A stretch of 64,000 bases of DNA, taken from assembly GCA_002269645.1 (NCBI GenBank), contig NIVC01000176.1:558001-622000 (forward strand). The letters are read 5' to 3'. The position numbers were made by a program, and so were the translations under genes. The notes under the pieces were generated by a model, which had not been told where the DNA came from, did no database searches, and saw only the letters and a list, made by a program, of their open reading frames with translations. Source of the stretch: Macrostomum lignano. Its lineage: Eukaryota. Positions 1 to 11,300 of this stretch are shown here, piece by piece. Numbering within the stretch: position 1 is the first letter of the stretch; each line of letters opens with the position of its first letter.

Positions 1-195
1 GAGTTTAGGGTCTGTGGAGTTTAGGGTCTGTGAAGTTTAGGGTCTGTGGAGTTTAGGGTCTGTGAAGTTTAGGGTCTGTGGAGTTTAGGGTTTGTGAAGT
101 TTAGGGTCTGTGGAGTTTAAGGGTTTGGGAAGTTTAGGGTCTGTGAAGTTTAAGGGTTTGGGAAGTTTAGGGTCTCTGGAGTTTAAGGGTTTGGA
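1..195. repeat. 16-bp minisatellite (G/A)AGTTTAGGGTCTGTG, contains TTAGGG; truncated by the window edge
   Basis: Direct reading. Confidence 0.9.
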
Positions 196-1472
196 TACTT
201 AATGAAGGTTTACTGTAAATTGTCAGTTTTCGGCACCCAATTGTATAGAACCACCAGTCCAAGTCTCTATAAAAGAGACAGAGATAGAAGTCCCTGACTG
301 TTCGCATTGGGTCTTCTTTTTGTGCAGCGGGCAGAAGGAGCAGCAGGAATCGGATTTCGTTGCATTGTCCTTGTCTTCTGCACAGCTTCATTTGAAGAGA
401 TGGAGAAGAAACTCAAGCAAGTTCAGAAATCATATTTTGGAGGAGAGCAAAGTATCAAATGCCTCCGCTCTTGTTCCAGGCAGTCTGCATTGTCTTCTTT
501 TGCTTCTTGCTTGAACAGTTTTTTCTTCTCCTGGGGGTGGGGGTGGATGCTGCTTTTCAATTTCTTGGGGCCTTGCTCGCGCGAGGAGCCGCAATTCATA
601 GAGATGCTTTTCATCGCGGAAGCAGTTAGGCCTCATTAAGTGGAGATGCTGAGGGGACATTGCTCCCCGCGCGTGCAGATTTGGGATCGGGTTTGTTGTT
701 TTGAGGAAGCTGGGCTTGAGTGGAGAAGGATTCAGCCTCATCATTAGCCAGACAGTTTGAGCTTTGCAACAGATTTTTTTCCTGTCTATAGAAGAAGAAG
801 AACTCAATGGTCGGGCTGCGCGGCAGGCCAAGTGGAAGAAGATTGAAGACTTTCACGGCTACTCACGCACCAGCGCTGCCGCCGCCCGAACTCGAGGAAT
901 CCCAGGCAGCTCAGGGGGGGGGCGGCAATTAATCGCCTTTTAGCTCCCGTCTCTCTCTCTCGATCTCATTTCCAAGAAACAAAGGAAATCCTTCTCTTCC
1001 TTCGTCTCTTCGTTTCTGTTTTTTAAATATAATGGGGGCGGCTTTCTGTTGCCCCTCCCGGGTGTCCTGCTGTGAGGCAAAGGGGAGCTCAATCTGGGGA
1101 AAAAATTAGCTAATCCTCGTTTCCCTGTCCAGGCTCCAGACTGCTTCATCAGGATAGTATGGGGGTATGGAACTCGGAATATTCTTCTTTCAATCGTTTC
1201 TTTCACCGATACACCTGCGGAAGACTTGGATAACGAAGTTAGCCATCAAAGTTCCCAATCCTTCTGAGCAGCCCTTATGCTTCGATTGAGTTTTGAGAAA
1301 TTAATCGCAGAAACAGACGCTTTCCTTCCCCTGCCTGTGCGCTCTGCCGAGCTCTCTCCTGGGAAATTGGTAATTCACATCATGGTGGGGAGAACTCCTA
1401 TTATTCTCCCAGCTGACATTTTATGCCGAATCATGTCCCCCATCCAAAATTCCTAATTGACGATCTCAGCTC

Positions 1473-2007
1473 CCCGATCCCAGATCCCAAATCCCAGATC
1501 CCGAATCCCAGATCCCGAATCCCAGATCCCGAATCCCAGATCCCGAATCCCAGATCCCGAATCCCAGATCCCGAATCCCAGATCCCGAATCCCAGATCCC
1601 GAATCCCAGATCCCGAATCCCAGATCCCGAATCCCAGATCCCGAATCCCAGATCCCGAATCCCAGATCCCGAATCCCAGATCCCGAATCCCAGATCCCGA
1701 ATCCCAGATCCCGAATCCCAGATCCCGAATCCCAGATCCCGAATCCCAGATCCCGAATCCCAGATCCCGAATCCCAGATCCCGAATCCCAGATCCCGAAT
1801 CCCAGATCCCGAATCCCAGATCCCGAATCCCAGATCCCGAATCCCAGATCCCGAATCCCAGATCCCGAATCCCAGATCCCGAATCCCAGATCCCGAATCC
1901 CAGATCCCGAATCCCAGATCCCGAATCCCAGATCCCGAATCCCAGATCCCGAATCCCAGATCCCGAATCCCAGATCCCGAATCCCAGATCCCGAATCCCA
2001 GATCCCA
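1473..2007. repeat. 14-bp minisatellite ATCCCGAATCCCAG, about 38 near-perfect copies upstream of ZF-A
   Basis: Direct reading; gives a 14-aa period in all ORF frames. Confidence 0.97.
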
Positions 2008-2091
2008 TCTAAAAGACTCCGTGTTGAAAGCAGCATGGCGAATTATTTTCACCTCACAGCTCAAGTCAGCGGACCAGAAGCCGCTCAGAAA

Positions 2092-3239
2092 ATGTCAGAA
2101 TCGCCGCCAATGCTATCGGAGTCCGAGATCCTAGCCGGTTGCCATGACGACAACAGCAGCCAGCATCAGCAGTTGTCGGCCAGCTCCAGACGAAAGCTGG
2201 CCAGGCCGCAGAGAAACTCGGCCGAGGACGACGCAGTCGAGAACGAGGAGGCGGCCAAGCGGCCGAGAACGTCCGAGTTTGGGCCGCCACCCAAGCCGCC
2301 GCTCATGCTGCCCTTCTGGGGCCTTCCGCCGCCACAGCCGCAGCCACCGAGTCTTCCAGACTTTCCCCGGCAGAATCCGCTGCGGCAGTCGCCGGAGGCT
2401 CCGCTGGATCTCAGCGTCGGGCACCGTCAGGAAGATGCCGCCGCAGCTCCGCTGGACCTGTCAGCAGCCGAGGACGGCGAGGACGCAGACGACGGCGACG
2501 CCGGTGACATCAAGGCGAGACGCGGCGAGCTGATGAGCCCGGAGACGCTCGCCGCCATCATGCGCGGAGCTGGCCAGGGTCGGCAGCCGCCGCCACCGCC
2601 GCTGCAGTCGCCACAGTCGCTGGAGGAGGCTGTCTCGCAGAGTCCAGCAGCCTCAGGCGCCGCCGCCGCCCCAGCCGTCGTCGACGGCGAAGACGCCGAT
2701 TCGGACGATTTTCGCGACTCAAGCGGCTGCAAAAGCGCCGGCGGCAGAGACATCGGCAACAGCGGCGGCGGCCGCCAGCCGGTGACGTCGTGCCACCAGT
2801 GCCGCCAGACCTTCCTGTGCCTGCGCGACCTGAACGGCCACTTCGAGAAGTCGCATCTGCACTCGCTGATGTCCGAGTTCGACAACACCAAGTCCTGGAA
2901 GTCGTCCGCAGTCGACAACAAGGAGCTCAACGTCGAGGCCACCATGGTGCGGCTGGAGAACGGCGACACGATCGGGTTCAAGTGTCCCGAGTGCGACTAC
3001 TTCGCCAAGTGGCCCACGGAGCTGCAGAAGCACATCATGGTGCACTCCAATGCCCGGCCTCACGTGTGCGTCGTCTGCGGCTGCACCTACAAGTGGAAGT
3101 GGGACCTCGGCAGGCACTTCGACAAGTCGCACGAGTCCGGCGAGATGCCCAACCCGTACAAGAAGAACACGGTTAAGCCCGCGGGTGGCGGCTGTGCCTC
3201 GGTGCAGCCACCTCAGCCGCTGCAGCCGCCGCAGCCTCC

Positions 3240-3273
<34 letters not shown>

Positions 3274-3361
3274 TTTTCTTCCTTTGAGTCGTTGCGTCGC
3301 CACACCGACCTGCTGTTTCCTCCGCAATTCGTGGCCAAGTCGTCAATGTCGCAGCCTCCTC

Positions 3362-3393
<32 letters not shown>

Positions 3394-5505
3394 ATGTCTC
3401 TGCCGCCGCTCCCATCGCTGCCGCCTCCTCCTCCGCAGTCTCTCAAGCGGTCAGTCGGGCCTTCCACGTCGACTTCTTCTTCAACCTCGTCGACTGCCGC
3501 CACTTCTGCCGCTGCCGCCGCCGCTGCTGCCGCCGCCGCCGCCGCCGCCGCGGCCGGCCGCGAGCTGATGGCCTTCTACAGCAGCAGCTGTTTCAGCCAG
3601 ATGGCCCAGCAGCTGGTCTTCGCCAGGCAGCACCCGCTGTTCGGCGCCGCCGCTGCCGCTGCTGCCGCTGCAGCCGCCTCCGGCGGATCCGGGATGCAAC
3701 AGCAGCGGCCCGATGAACTCCTGATGCGAATGCGCCCGGCTCTGCCCCGACCGCCGCCTCCGCCACCGCCGCCGCCACCGGCCTGTACTCGTCCGACCTC
3801 GCTGGGAGGGTCGTTTCCTCCACCGCCGCTACCGCTGCCGCTACCGCCGCCGCCTCCACCGCCGCCGCCGCCTCCGTCGATTTCCCGAGCTCCGACGATG
3901 TCAACCTCGCCGCCGACCCCGACCAACCAGCGGCACCAGGAGATGGCCAAGTCTGGTGGCAGTCGTCGAGTCAATTCAACAACCGCCTCGACAGGCGCCG
4001 GTTCGAAGGACGACGGCTCCGACTCGCTGCCCTACGAGTGCCCGATCTGCGGCGCCAAGGCCCGCTGGAAGTCGGAGCTGAAGTCGCACCTCATCAACCA
4101 CAGCAACTTCAAGCCGTTTCGCTGCAAGTTCTGCAGCTACCGCAGCAAGTGGAAATGGGACGTTGTGAAGCATCTGAAGCGCTGCACCGGCAAGAGGGCC
4201 GCGCTGGGCTGCGCCGGCTGCGACAGCACCGACATGGACTGCGGCGCCGGCTGCGGCAGTAACAAGGAGATCCAAGCGTTTGTGCTGTACGATCCGCCAG
4301 ACCCCGAGCTCTACAGTAACGAGGCTGAGGCCATCCTGTATGCGGATGACACCGTGCCGGTGAGGCAGCAGCCGCACAGTCAGCAGCATCGCCAAAGATG
4401 CTCAAGCGAAGAACCCGACGACTTGGAAGATGTAAGTGTAAATTTCTGGTCTCGGATCCCAACTCCCTTAGATCCCAAATTCCCAGATCCCAAAATCTCC
4501 AGATTCAAAATCCCAGATCCCGAATCCCCAAATCCCAAATTCCAAATCCCAAATCCCAAATCCCAAATCCCAAATCCCAAATCCCAAATCCCAAATCCCA
4601 AATCCCAAATCCCAAATCCCAAATCTTCAAAATCCCAACTTACCAGATCCCAACTCTCCAAATCCCAACTCCCAATATCCCAACCCCCCAAATCTCAAAA
4701 ACCCTTAGATCAGAAATCTCTTAGATCCCAAATTCCTTTAGATTTCTAATCTCCAGATTCCAACTCCTCAGATCCCAAATGCCTTAAATCCCAAATCCCC
4801 AGATCCGAACTCCCAAGATCCCAGCTCCCCAGATCTCAAATCCCCAGATCCCAAATCCCCAGATCCCAAATCCCCAGATCCCAAATCCCCAGATCTCAAA
4901 TCCCCAGATCCCAAATCTCCAGATCCCAAATCCCCAGATCCCAAATCCCCAGATCCCAAATCCCCAGATCCCAAATCCCCAGATCCCAAATCCCCAGATC
5001 CCAAATCCCCAGATCCCAAATCCCCAGATCCTAAATCCCCAGATCTCAAATCCCCAGATCTCAAATCCCCAGATCCCAAATCCCCAGATCCCAAATCCCC
5101 AGATCCCAAATCCCCAGATCCCAAATCCCCAGATCCCAAATCCCCAGATCCCAAATCCCCAGATCCCAAATCCCCAGATCCCAAATCCCCAGATCCCAAA
5201 TCCCCAGATCCCAAATCCCCAGATCCCAAATCCCCAGATCCCAAATCCCCAGATCCCAAATCCCCAGATCCCAAATCCCAACTCGCACAGAGAACACCCC
5301 CCAACTGTTGCAGTACCGCCAGTCTCCAACAGCTGCCGTCTCCGCTCTGCCAACTGCGGGTGTCGCCGCCACAAAGCTCCGCCTGCTGCCGTGCAGCCAG
5401 TGCGGCCACATCGCCAAGACCGGCGCCGACCTCGCCAGCCACGTCCAGCTGGTGCACCGCGGCGAGCCACAGCCGGCCTGCAAGCTGAACGAAGGCGTGG
5501 CCTGA
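2092..5505 (+). CDS. C2H2 zinc-finger transcription factor ZF-A, join(2092..4431,5314..5505), about 843 aa; alternative in-frame ATG at 2035
   Basis: Fingers CHQC..HFEKSH, CPEC..HIMVH, CVVC..HFDKSH, CPIC..HLINH, CKFC..HLKRC (C2HC) and CSQC..HVQLVH. Two PLDLS CtBP-type motifs (2401-2415, 2449-2463) and poly-Q/P/A tracts. Donor GAT|GTAAGT at 4432 and acceptor TTGCAG| at 5313 are both phase 0; a second phase-0 donor CCG|GTGAGG at 4360 is possible. Acceptor TTTTCACCTCACAG at 2059 lies 32 nt before the ATG. The 1108-aa ORF in the track reads through repeat DNA at both ends. Confidence 0.88.
4460..5280. repeat. ZF-A intron: 7-bp AATCCCA array (about 4460-4760) followed by a 15-bp AGATCCCAAATCCCC array (about 4780-5280)
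   Basis: Direct reading. Confidence 0.95.
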
Positions 5506-5659
5506 GTTCGAATCCGAGAAAAACTCCAAAACTGAATTTGTATCACTGATCACTGCGTCTTATATGTCTGTATAGGCGACATTTAGATGGATTCTTGTAA
5601 ATTCTGATTTGTCTGATCAACTGCTTCTATTCATTGATCTACTCTCCTCCCGTTAAATC

Positions 5660-6030
5660 CCAATCCTAGATCCCATTCTCTGAATACCAATCCTAGATCC
5701 CAATCCTAGATCCCAATCCTAGATCTCAATCCCAGATCTCAATCCCAGATCCCAATCCTAGATCCCAATCCAAGATCCCAATCCAAGATCCCAATCCAAG
5801 ATCCCAATCCAAGATCCCAATCCAAGATCCCAATCCAAGATCCCAGTTTTTTAATCCCAACCCTAGATCCCAGTTTTTAATCCCCATCCTATATCCCACT
5901 TTTTGAATCCCAATCCTATATCCCAGTTTTGAATCCCAATCCTAGATCCCAGTTTTTTAATCCCAATCCTAGATCCCAGTTTTTAATCCCAATCCTAGAT
6001 CCCAGTTTCTGAATCCCAATCCTAAATCCT
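5660..6030. repeat. 13-bp GATCCCAATCC(T/A)A array and longer derivatives, 3' of ZF-A
   Basis: Direct reading. Confidence 0.9.
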
Positions 6031-6489
6031 AAACCTCACTGCGAACTCTATAAGAGCCGTGATCCGTCATATTTACTTCGCAGCACAGTGTGTTTGAAAT
6101 CTATAAAATGCATATTTCCTAAACATTGTTCTGACTGATTTTTAAATATTTGATAGCTTAACTGATTCATTCATTTACTCACTAATCCAAAGGCCTGTTA
6201 TGATATATTGCATCAAATTCCAACCATAATTATTGTACCTTACCTTAATGAAGTTTACGCTTGCAAATATGCCGTTTTAATTTGCTATAGTGTACACACA
6301 CCCCGACATTAGAATTTATATTAGGCTCTTAGTTTTTTTCAACTGCTGCTGCTGCAGCAACCAAAGTTAAAATTGTGGTTTTCTGTGTTGTCTCAGTCTT
6401 TATTACGAAATTAAATATAATCTAGAAATGTCTAGAAACTTGTGTTGATCTCAAATTTAAATTTGTTAATTACATACAGGCTTTAATAG

Positions 6490-7782
6490 GTAAGGTTTGA
6501 GAAGACAGGCTTGAGAAGACAGGCTTGATAGGACAGGCTTGAGAAGACAAGTTTGAGAAGACAGGTTTGTGAAGACAGGCTTGAGAAGACAGATTTGAGA
6601 ATATAGGTTTGAGAAGACGTGTTTGAGAAGACAGGTTTGAGAAGACAGGTTTGAGAAGACAGGCTTGAGAAGACAGGTTTGAGAAGACAGGTTTGAGCAG
6701 ACAGGCTTGAGAAGACAGGTTTGAGAAGACAGGTTTGAGAAGACAGGTTTGAGCAGACAGGCTTGAGAAGACAGGTTTGAGAAGACAGGTTTGAGCAGAC
6801 AGGCTTGAGAAGACAGGTTTGAGAACACAGGTTTGAGCAGACAGGCTTAAGAAGACAGATTTGAGCAGACAGGCTTGAGAAGACAGGTTTGAGCAGACAA
6901 GTTTGAGAAGACAGGTTTGTGAAGACAGGCTTGAGAAGACAGATTTGAGAATATAGGTTTGAGAAGACGTGTTTGAGAAGACAGGTTTGAGAAGACAGGT
7001 TTGAGAAGACAGGCTTGAGAAGACAGGTTTGAGCAGACAGGCTTGAGAAGACAGGTTTGAGAAGACAGGTTTGAGAAGACAGGTTTGAGCAGACAGGCTT
7101 GAGAAGACAGGTTTGAGAAGACAGGTTTGAGCAGACAGGCTTGAGAAGACAGGTTTGAGAACACAGGTTTGAGCAGACAGGCTTAAGAAGACAGATTTGA
7201 GCAGACAGGCTTGAGAAGACAGGTTTGAGCAGACAAGTTTGAGAAGACAGGTTTGAGAAGACAGGTTTGAGAAGACAGGCTTGAGAAGACAGGTTTGAGA
7301 AGACAGGTTTGAGCAGACAGGCTTGAGAAGACAGGTTTGAGAACACAGGTTTGAGCAGACAGGCTTAAGAAGACAGGTTTGAGCAGACAGGTTTGAGAAG
7401 ACAGGTTTGAGAAGACAGGTTTGAGCAGACAAGTTTGGGAAGACAGGTTTGAGAAGACAGGCTTGAGAAGACAGGCTTGAGAAGACAGGTTTGAGCAGAC
7501 AGATTTGAGCAGACAAGTTTGAGAAGACAGGTTTGAGAAGACAGGTTTGAGCAGACAAGTTTGAGAAGACAGGTTTGAGAAGACAGGTTTGAGAAGACAG
7601 GCTTGAGAAGACAGGTTTGATAAGACAGGTTTGAGCAGACAGGCTTGAGAAGACAGGTTTGAGAACACAGGTTTGAGCAGACAGGCTTAAGAAGACAGGT
7701 TTGAGCAGACAGGCTTGACAAGACAGGTTTGAGCAGACAAGTTTGAGAAGACAGGTTTGATAGGACAGGTTTGAGAAGACAG
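6490..7782. repeat. 14-bp ACAGGTTTGAGAAG minisatellite between the convergent ZF genes
   Basis: Direct reading; a variant block recurs 350 bp apart. Confidence 0.97.
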
Positions 7783-8366
7783 GGTAAAATGAAAAACTCG
7801 CTGTAGACATAATTTTAAGTGTTTTAAGTATTTTTATATTTTAACAGACAGGAAACGATATGCAAGCAAAATTATTCTACGAAAAAAGCAAATTCTACGA
7901 ATATATGACAGGATTAAATACGAGTTATTAGAAAGCGATAGCGCAGCAGGATTTTGCTGCGAAAAATATTGTCCAAAGTTCGATGCATATTCTGACTTGG
8001 ATCTGACGAAACTGATTAAAACAGAAATCACAAAACTCTAAAAAATAATAATACGAAACGCCCTAACGACCTATGGGTAGCCAGCACTTTTTTGTTTGTT
8101 TTCTTTTATAAGCAAATATAAAAATCTAATCATACTACTGATTGAATAGAAAAGTAGAAAAGTAAGCACGTGCGCGTCTAAAAATGAAACGCAGAGAAGA
8201 GAAAAATGATAAAATCAGTAAAATACAACAAAATAAAGCCGGGGATAAGGGAATAACTGAAAATAAGCCATGAGTAATTTATTAATTACCCATTCACAAG
8301 AAAATTTAAGCATGTCAGCAGCAGGTATAATTATTATACTATGCAGGTATAATAGTATCAAATAAG

Positions 8367-11300
8367 TCACTCCACGGCGGCGGTGGCGGCGGCTGCCTTT
8401 GATGTCCCTGACGGCAACTGGGTAGGTGAGGCCTGGGCCAGCGACGGGCGACCGACTCGGGACTGAGTCGACTCACTGCCGGAGCTTCCAGCGCCGGAAC
8501 CGTTGAGGATGCGCTGTGGATTGGGAAGTAAAGTGAGGATTTTTATTGATATCTTTTTAAGCGATTGATAGGATTGTTAACCGTAGTGATTTATGGGATC
8601 AGAGAGATCAGTGGGATCAGAGGGACTTATGGGATCAGCGGGATCAGAGAGACTTGTGGGATCAGAGGGACTTATGTGATCAGAGGGACTTATGGGATCA
8701 GCGGGATCAGAGGGACTTGTGGGATCAGAGGGACTTATGGGATCAGAGGGAATTGTGGGATCAGAGGGATTTATGGGATCAGTGGGATCAGAGGGACTTA
8801 TGGGATCAGCGGGATCAGAGGGACTTGTGGGATCAGAGGGACTTGTGGGATCAGAGGGACTTGTGGGATCAGAGGGACTTGTGAGATCAGAGGGACTTGT
8901 GGGATCAGCGGGACTTGTGAGATAGAGGGATTTATGGGATCAGTGGGATCAGAGGGACTTGTGGGATCAGCGGGACTTGTGGGATCAGAAGGACTTGTGG
9001 GATCAGGACTTGTGGGATCAGGACTTGTGGGATCAGAGGGACTTGTGGGATCAGAGGGAATATGGGATCAGAGGGACTTGTGGGATCAGAGGGACTTGTG
9101 GGATCAGAAGGACTTGTGGGATCAGGACTTGTGGGATCAGGACTTGTGGGATCAGAGGGACTTGTGGGATCAGAGGGAATATGGGATCAGAGGGACTTGT
9201 GGGATCAGAGGGAATATGGGATCAGAGGGACTTGTGGGATCAGAGGGAATATGGGATCAGCTGTGGGATCAGTGGGATTTGTGGGATCTGTGGGATCAGT
9301 GGGATTTGTTGGATCTGAGGATCAGCATGACTTGCGGGACCAGAGGTATCGATGATATTTCCAGTTAACTCACAAAACCTACAGGATTAAAAACCTGAAA
9401 AGCAGTTTCCCGAATCCCAGCTCACCCGCTCAGCACCCGAGCCTGACGATGATGCCGACACTGTAGGAGCGGAGCGCCTCGAGCTCTTTGAAGTGCCGCC
9501 GCTTCCGCTGCCGCTGCTGCCTCCGCTGCCGCGGTCTCCGGCGTACAGCAGAACCTCAGCCTCGTTGCTGAACAGCTCTGGATCCGGAGGGTCATAAATC
9601 ACGTCGTCTCTCCTCGAGCCGTCAGCTGTGTCGGCTTCGATGTCGGCAGCTCGCTTAGCCGGACAGCGTTTCAGATGCTTCACAACGTCCCAGCGCCACT
9701 TGCTGCGGTAGGGACAAAATCCGCATCTGTACGGCTTGAAGTTGCTGTGGTTCACCAGGTGCGACTTCAGCTCCGACTTCCACCGGGCCTTGGCGCCGCA
9801 GATCGGGCAGGTGAACGGCCAGCTGGTGGCGCTGCTCTGGGGCGTCGACTCGTTGTTATTCGGCGTTTGCAGCGGCTGCTGTTGATTGTTCTTAATCGGT
9901 TGATGAGGCTCGAGAGACTGCGGAGGAGGAGGCTGGTGAGGAGTCTCGAAGCCGTCACGACGCTGAGGCTGCCACTGGGGGATTGAGGTGGGATAGGCGG
10001 ATTTCAAATGCATTTCTAAATCATATCTCAAATTCAGATCCCATGTTCCTGATCCCACAGTTTGCGATCCCACATCCCCATCTCACACTTTGATCCCATA
10101 TCTTATCTCACACTCTGATCCCATATCCCATCTCACACTCTGATCCCATATCCCATCTCACACTCTGATCCCATATCCCATCTCACACTCTGATCCCATA
10201 TCCCCAATCTCACACTCTGATCCCATATCCCCATCTCACACTCTGATCCCATATCCCCAATCTCACACTCTGATCCCATATCCCATCTCACACTCTGATC
10301 CCATATCCCCATCTCACACTCTGATCCCATATCCCCAATCTCACATTCTGATCCCATATCCCCATCTCACACTCTGATCCCATATCCCCAATCTCACACT
10401 CTGATCCCATATCCCCAATCTCACACTCTGATCCCATATCCCATTTCACACTCTGATCCTATATCCCTATCTCACACTCTGATCCCATATCCCCAATCTC
10501 ACACTCTGATCCCATATCCCCAATCTCACATTCTGATCCCATATCCCCATCTCACACTCTGATCCCATATCCCCATCTCACATTCTGATCCCAAATCTCA
10601 CATTCTGATCCCAAATCTCACATTCTGATCCCATCTCATACTAAAATCCCATATCCCATCTCCTATTCTGATCCAATATCCCCATCTCACACACTGATCC
10701 CATATCCCTATCTCACACTCTTATCCCATATCATTATCTTAAACTCTGATCCCATATCCCCATCTCACACTCTTATCCCATATCCCCATCTTACACTCTG
10801 ATCCCATATCCCCAATCTCACATTCTGATCCCATATCCCCATCTCACATTCTGATCCCAAATCTCACATTCTGATCCCATCTCATACTCTAATCCCATAT
10901 CCCATCTCCTATTTTGATCCAATATCCCCATCTCACACACTGATCCCATATCCCATCTCACACTCTGATCCCATATCCCATCTCACACACTGATCCCATA
11001 TCTCAATTCTAATCTATGCATATTCCATCCTAGACTCTATCTTGATTATTTTTCCTTAATTTTCGGGCTAGGATTTCACTCGCCTACTACTAGTAGGAGA
11101 AAAGTATTGTCAATATTTTTTCCGCATTCACACACGCAATTTAAAAAACGCAATTTTAAAAGAATGCTGCTAATTTATTTCTATCGCAGACAATGGGCTT
11201 AGAAACAGGGACCAAGGAAGTTATTGCTCAATACAAATGGTCTCATTATCAAACCTTGACTGACTTACTTTGAGCAATTAATTCTTTAATTAGCTGCTAA

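Noticed and set aside
1-195. TTTAGGG/TTAGGG motif suggesting a telomere
   Set aside because: The motif is embedded in a 16-bp unit rather than a pure hexamer or heptamer array, and resembles the other local minisatellites.
200-1420. Short ORFs on both strands and possible small minus-strand exons (donor GTGAGT at about 870, acceptor at about 790)
   Set aside because: No frame stays open across the region and no recognisable domain is present. It may be UTR or a decayed remnant but cannot be supported as a gene.
1423-2034. N-terminal 200 aa (SQIPNPRSRIPDPE repeats) of the 1108-aa ORF and the overlapping ORFs
   Set aside because: Stop-free translation of a 14-bp minisatellite that is open in most frames on both strands. 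A good acceptor at 2059 precedes the real coding sequence.
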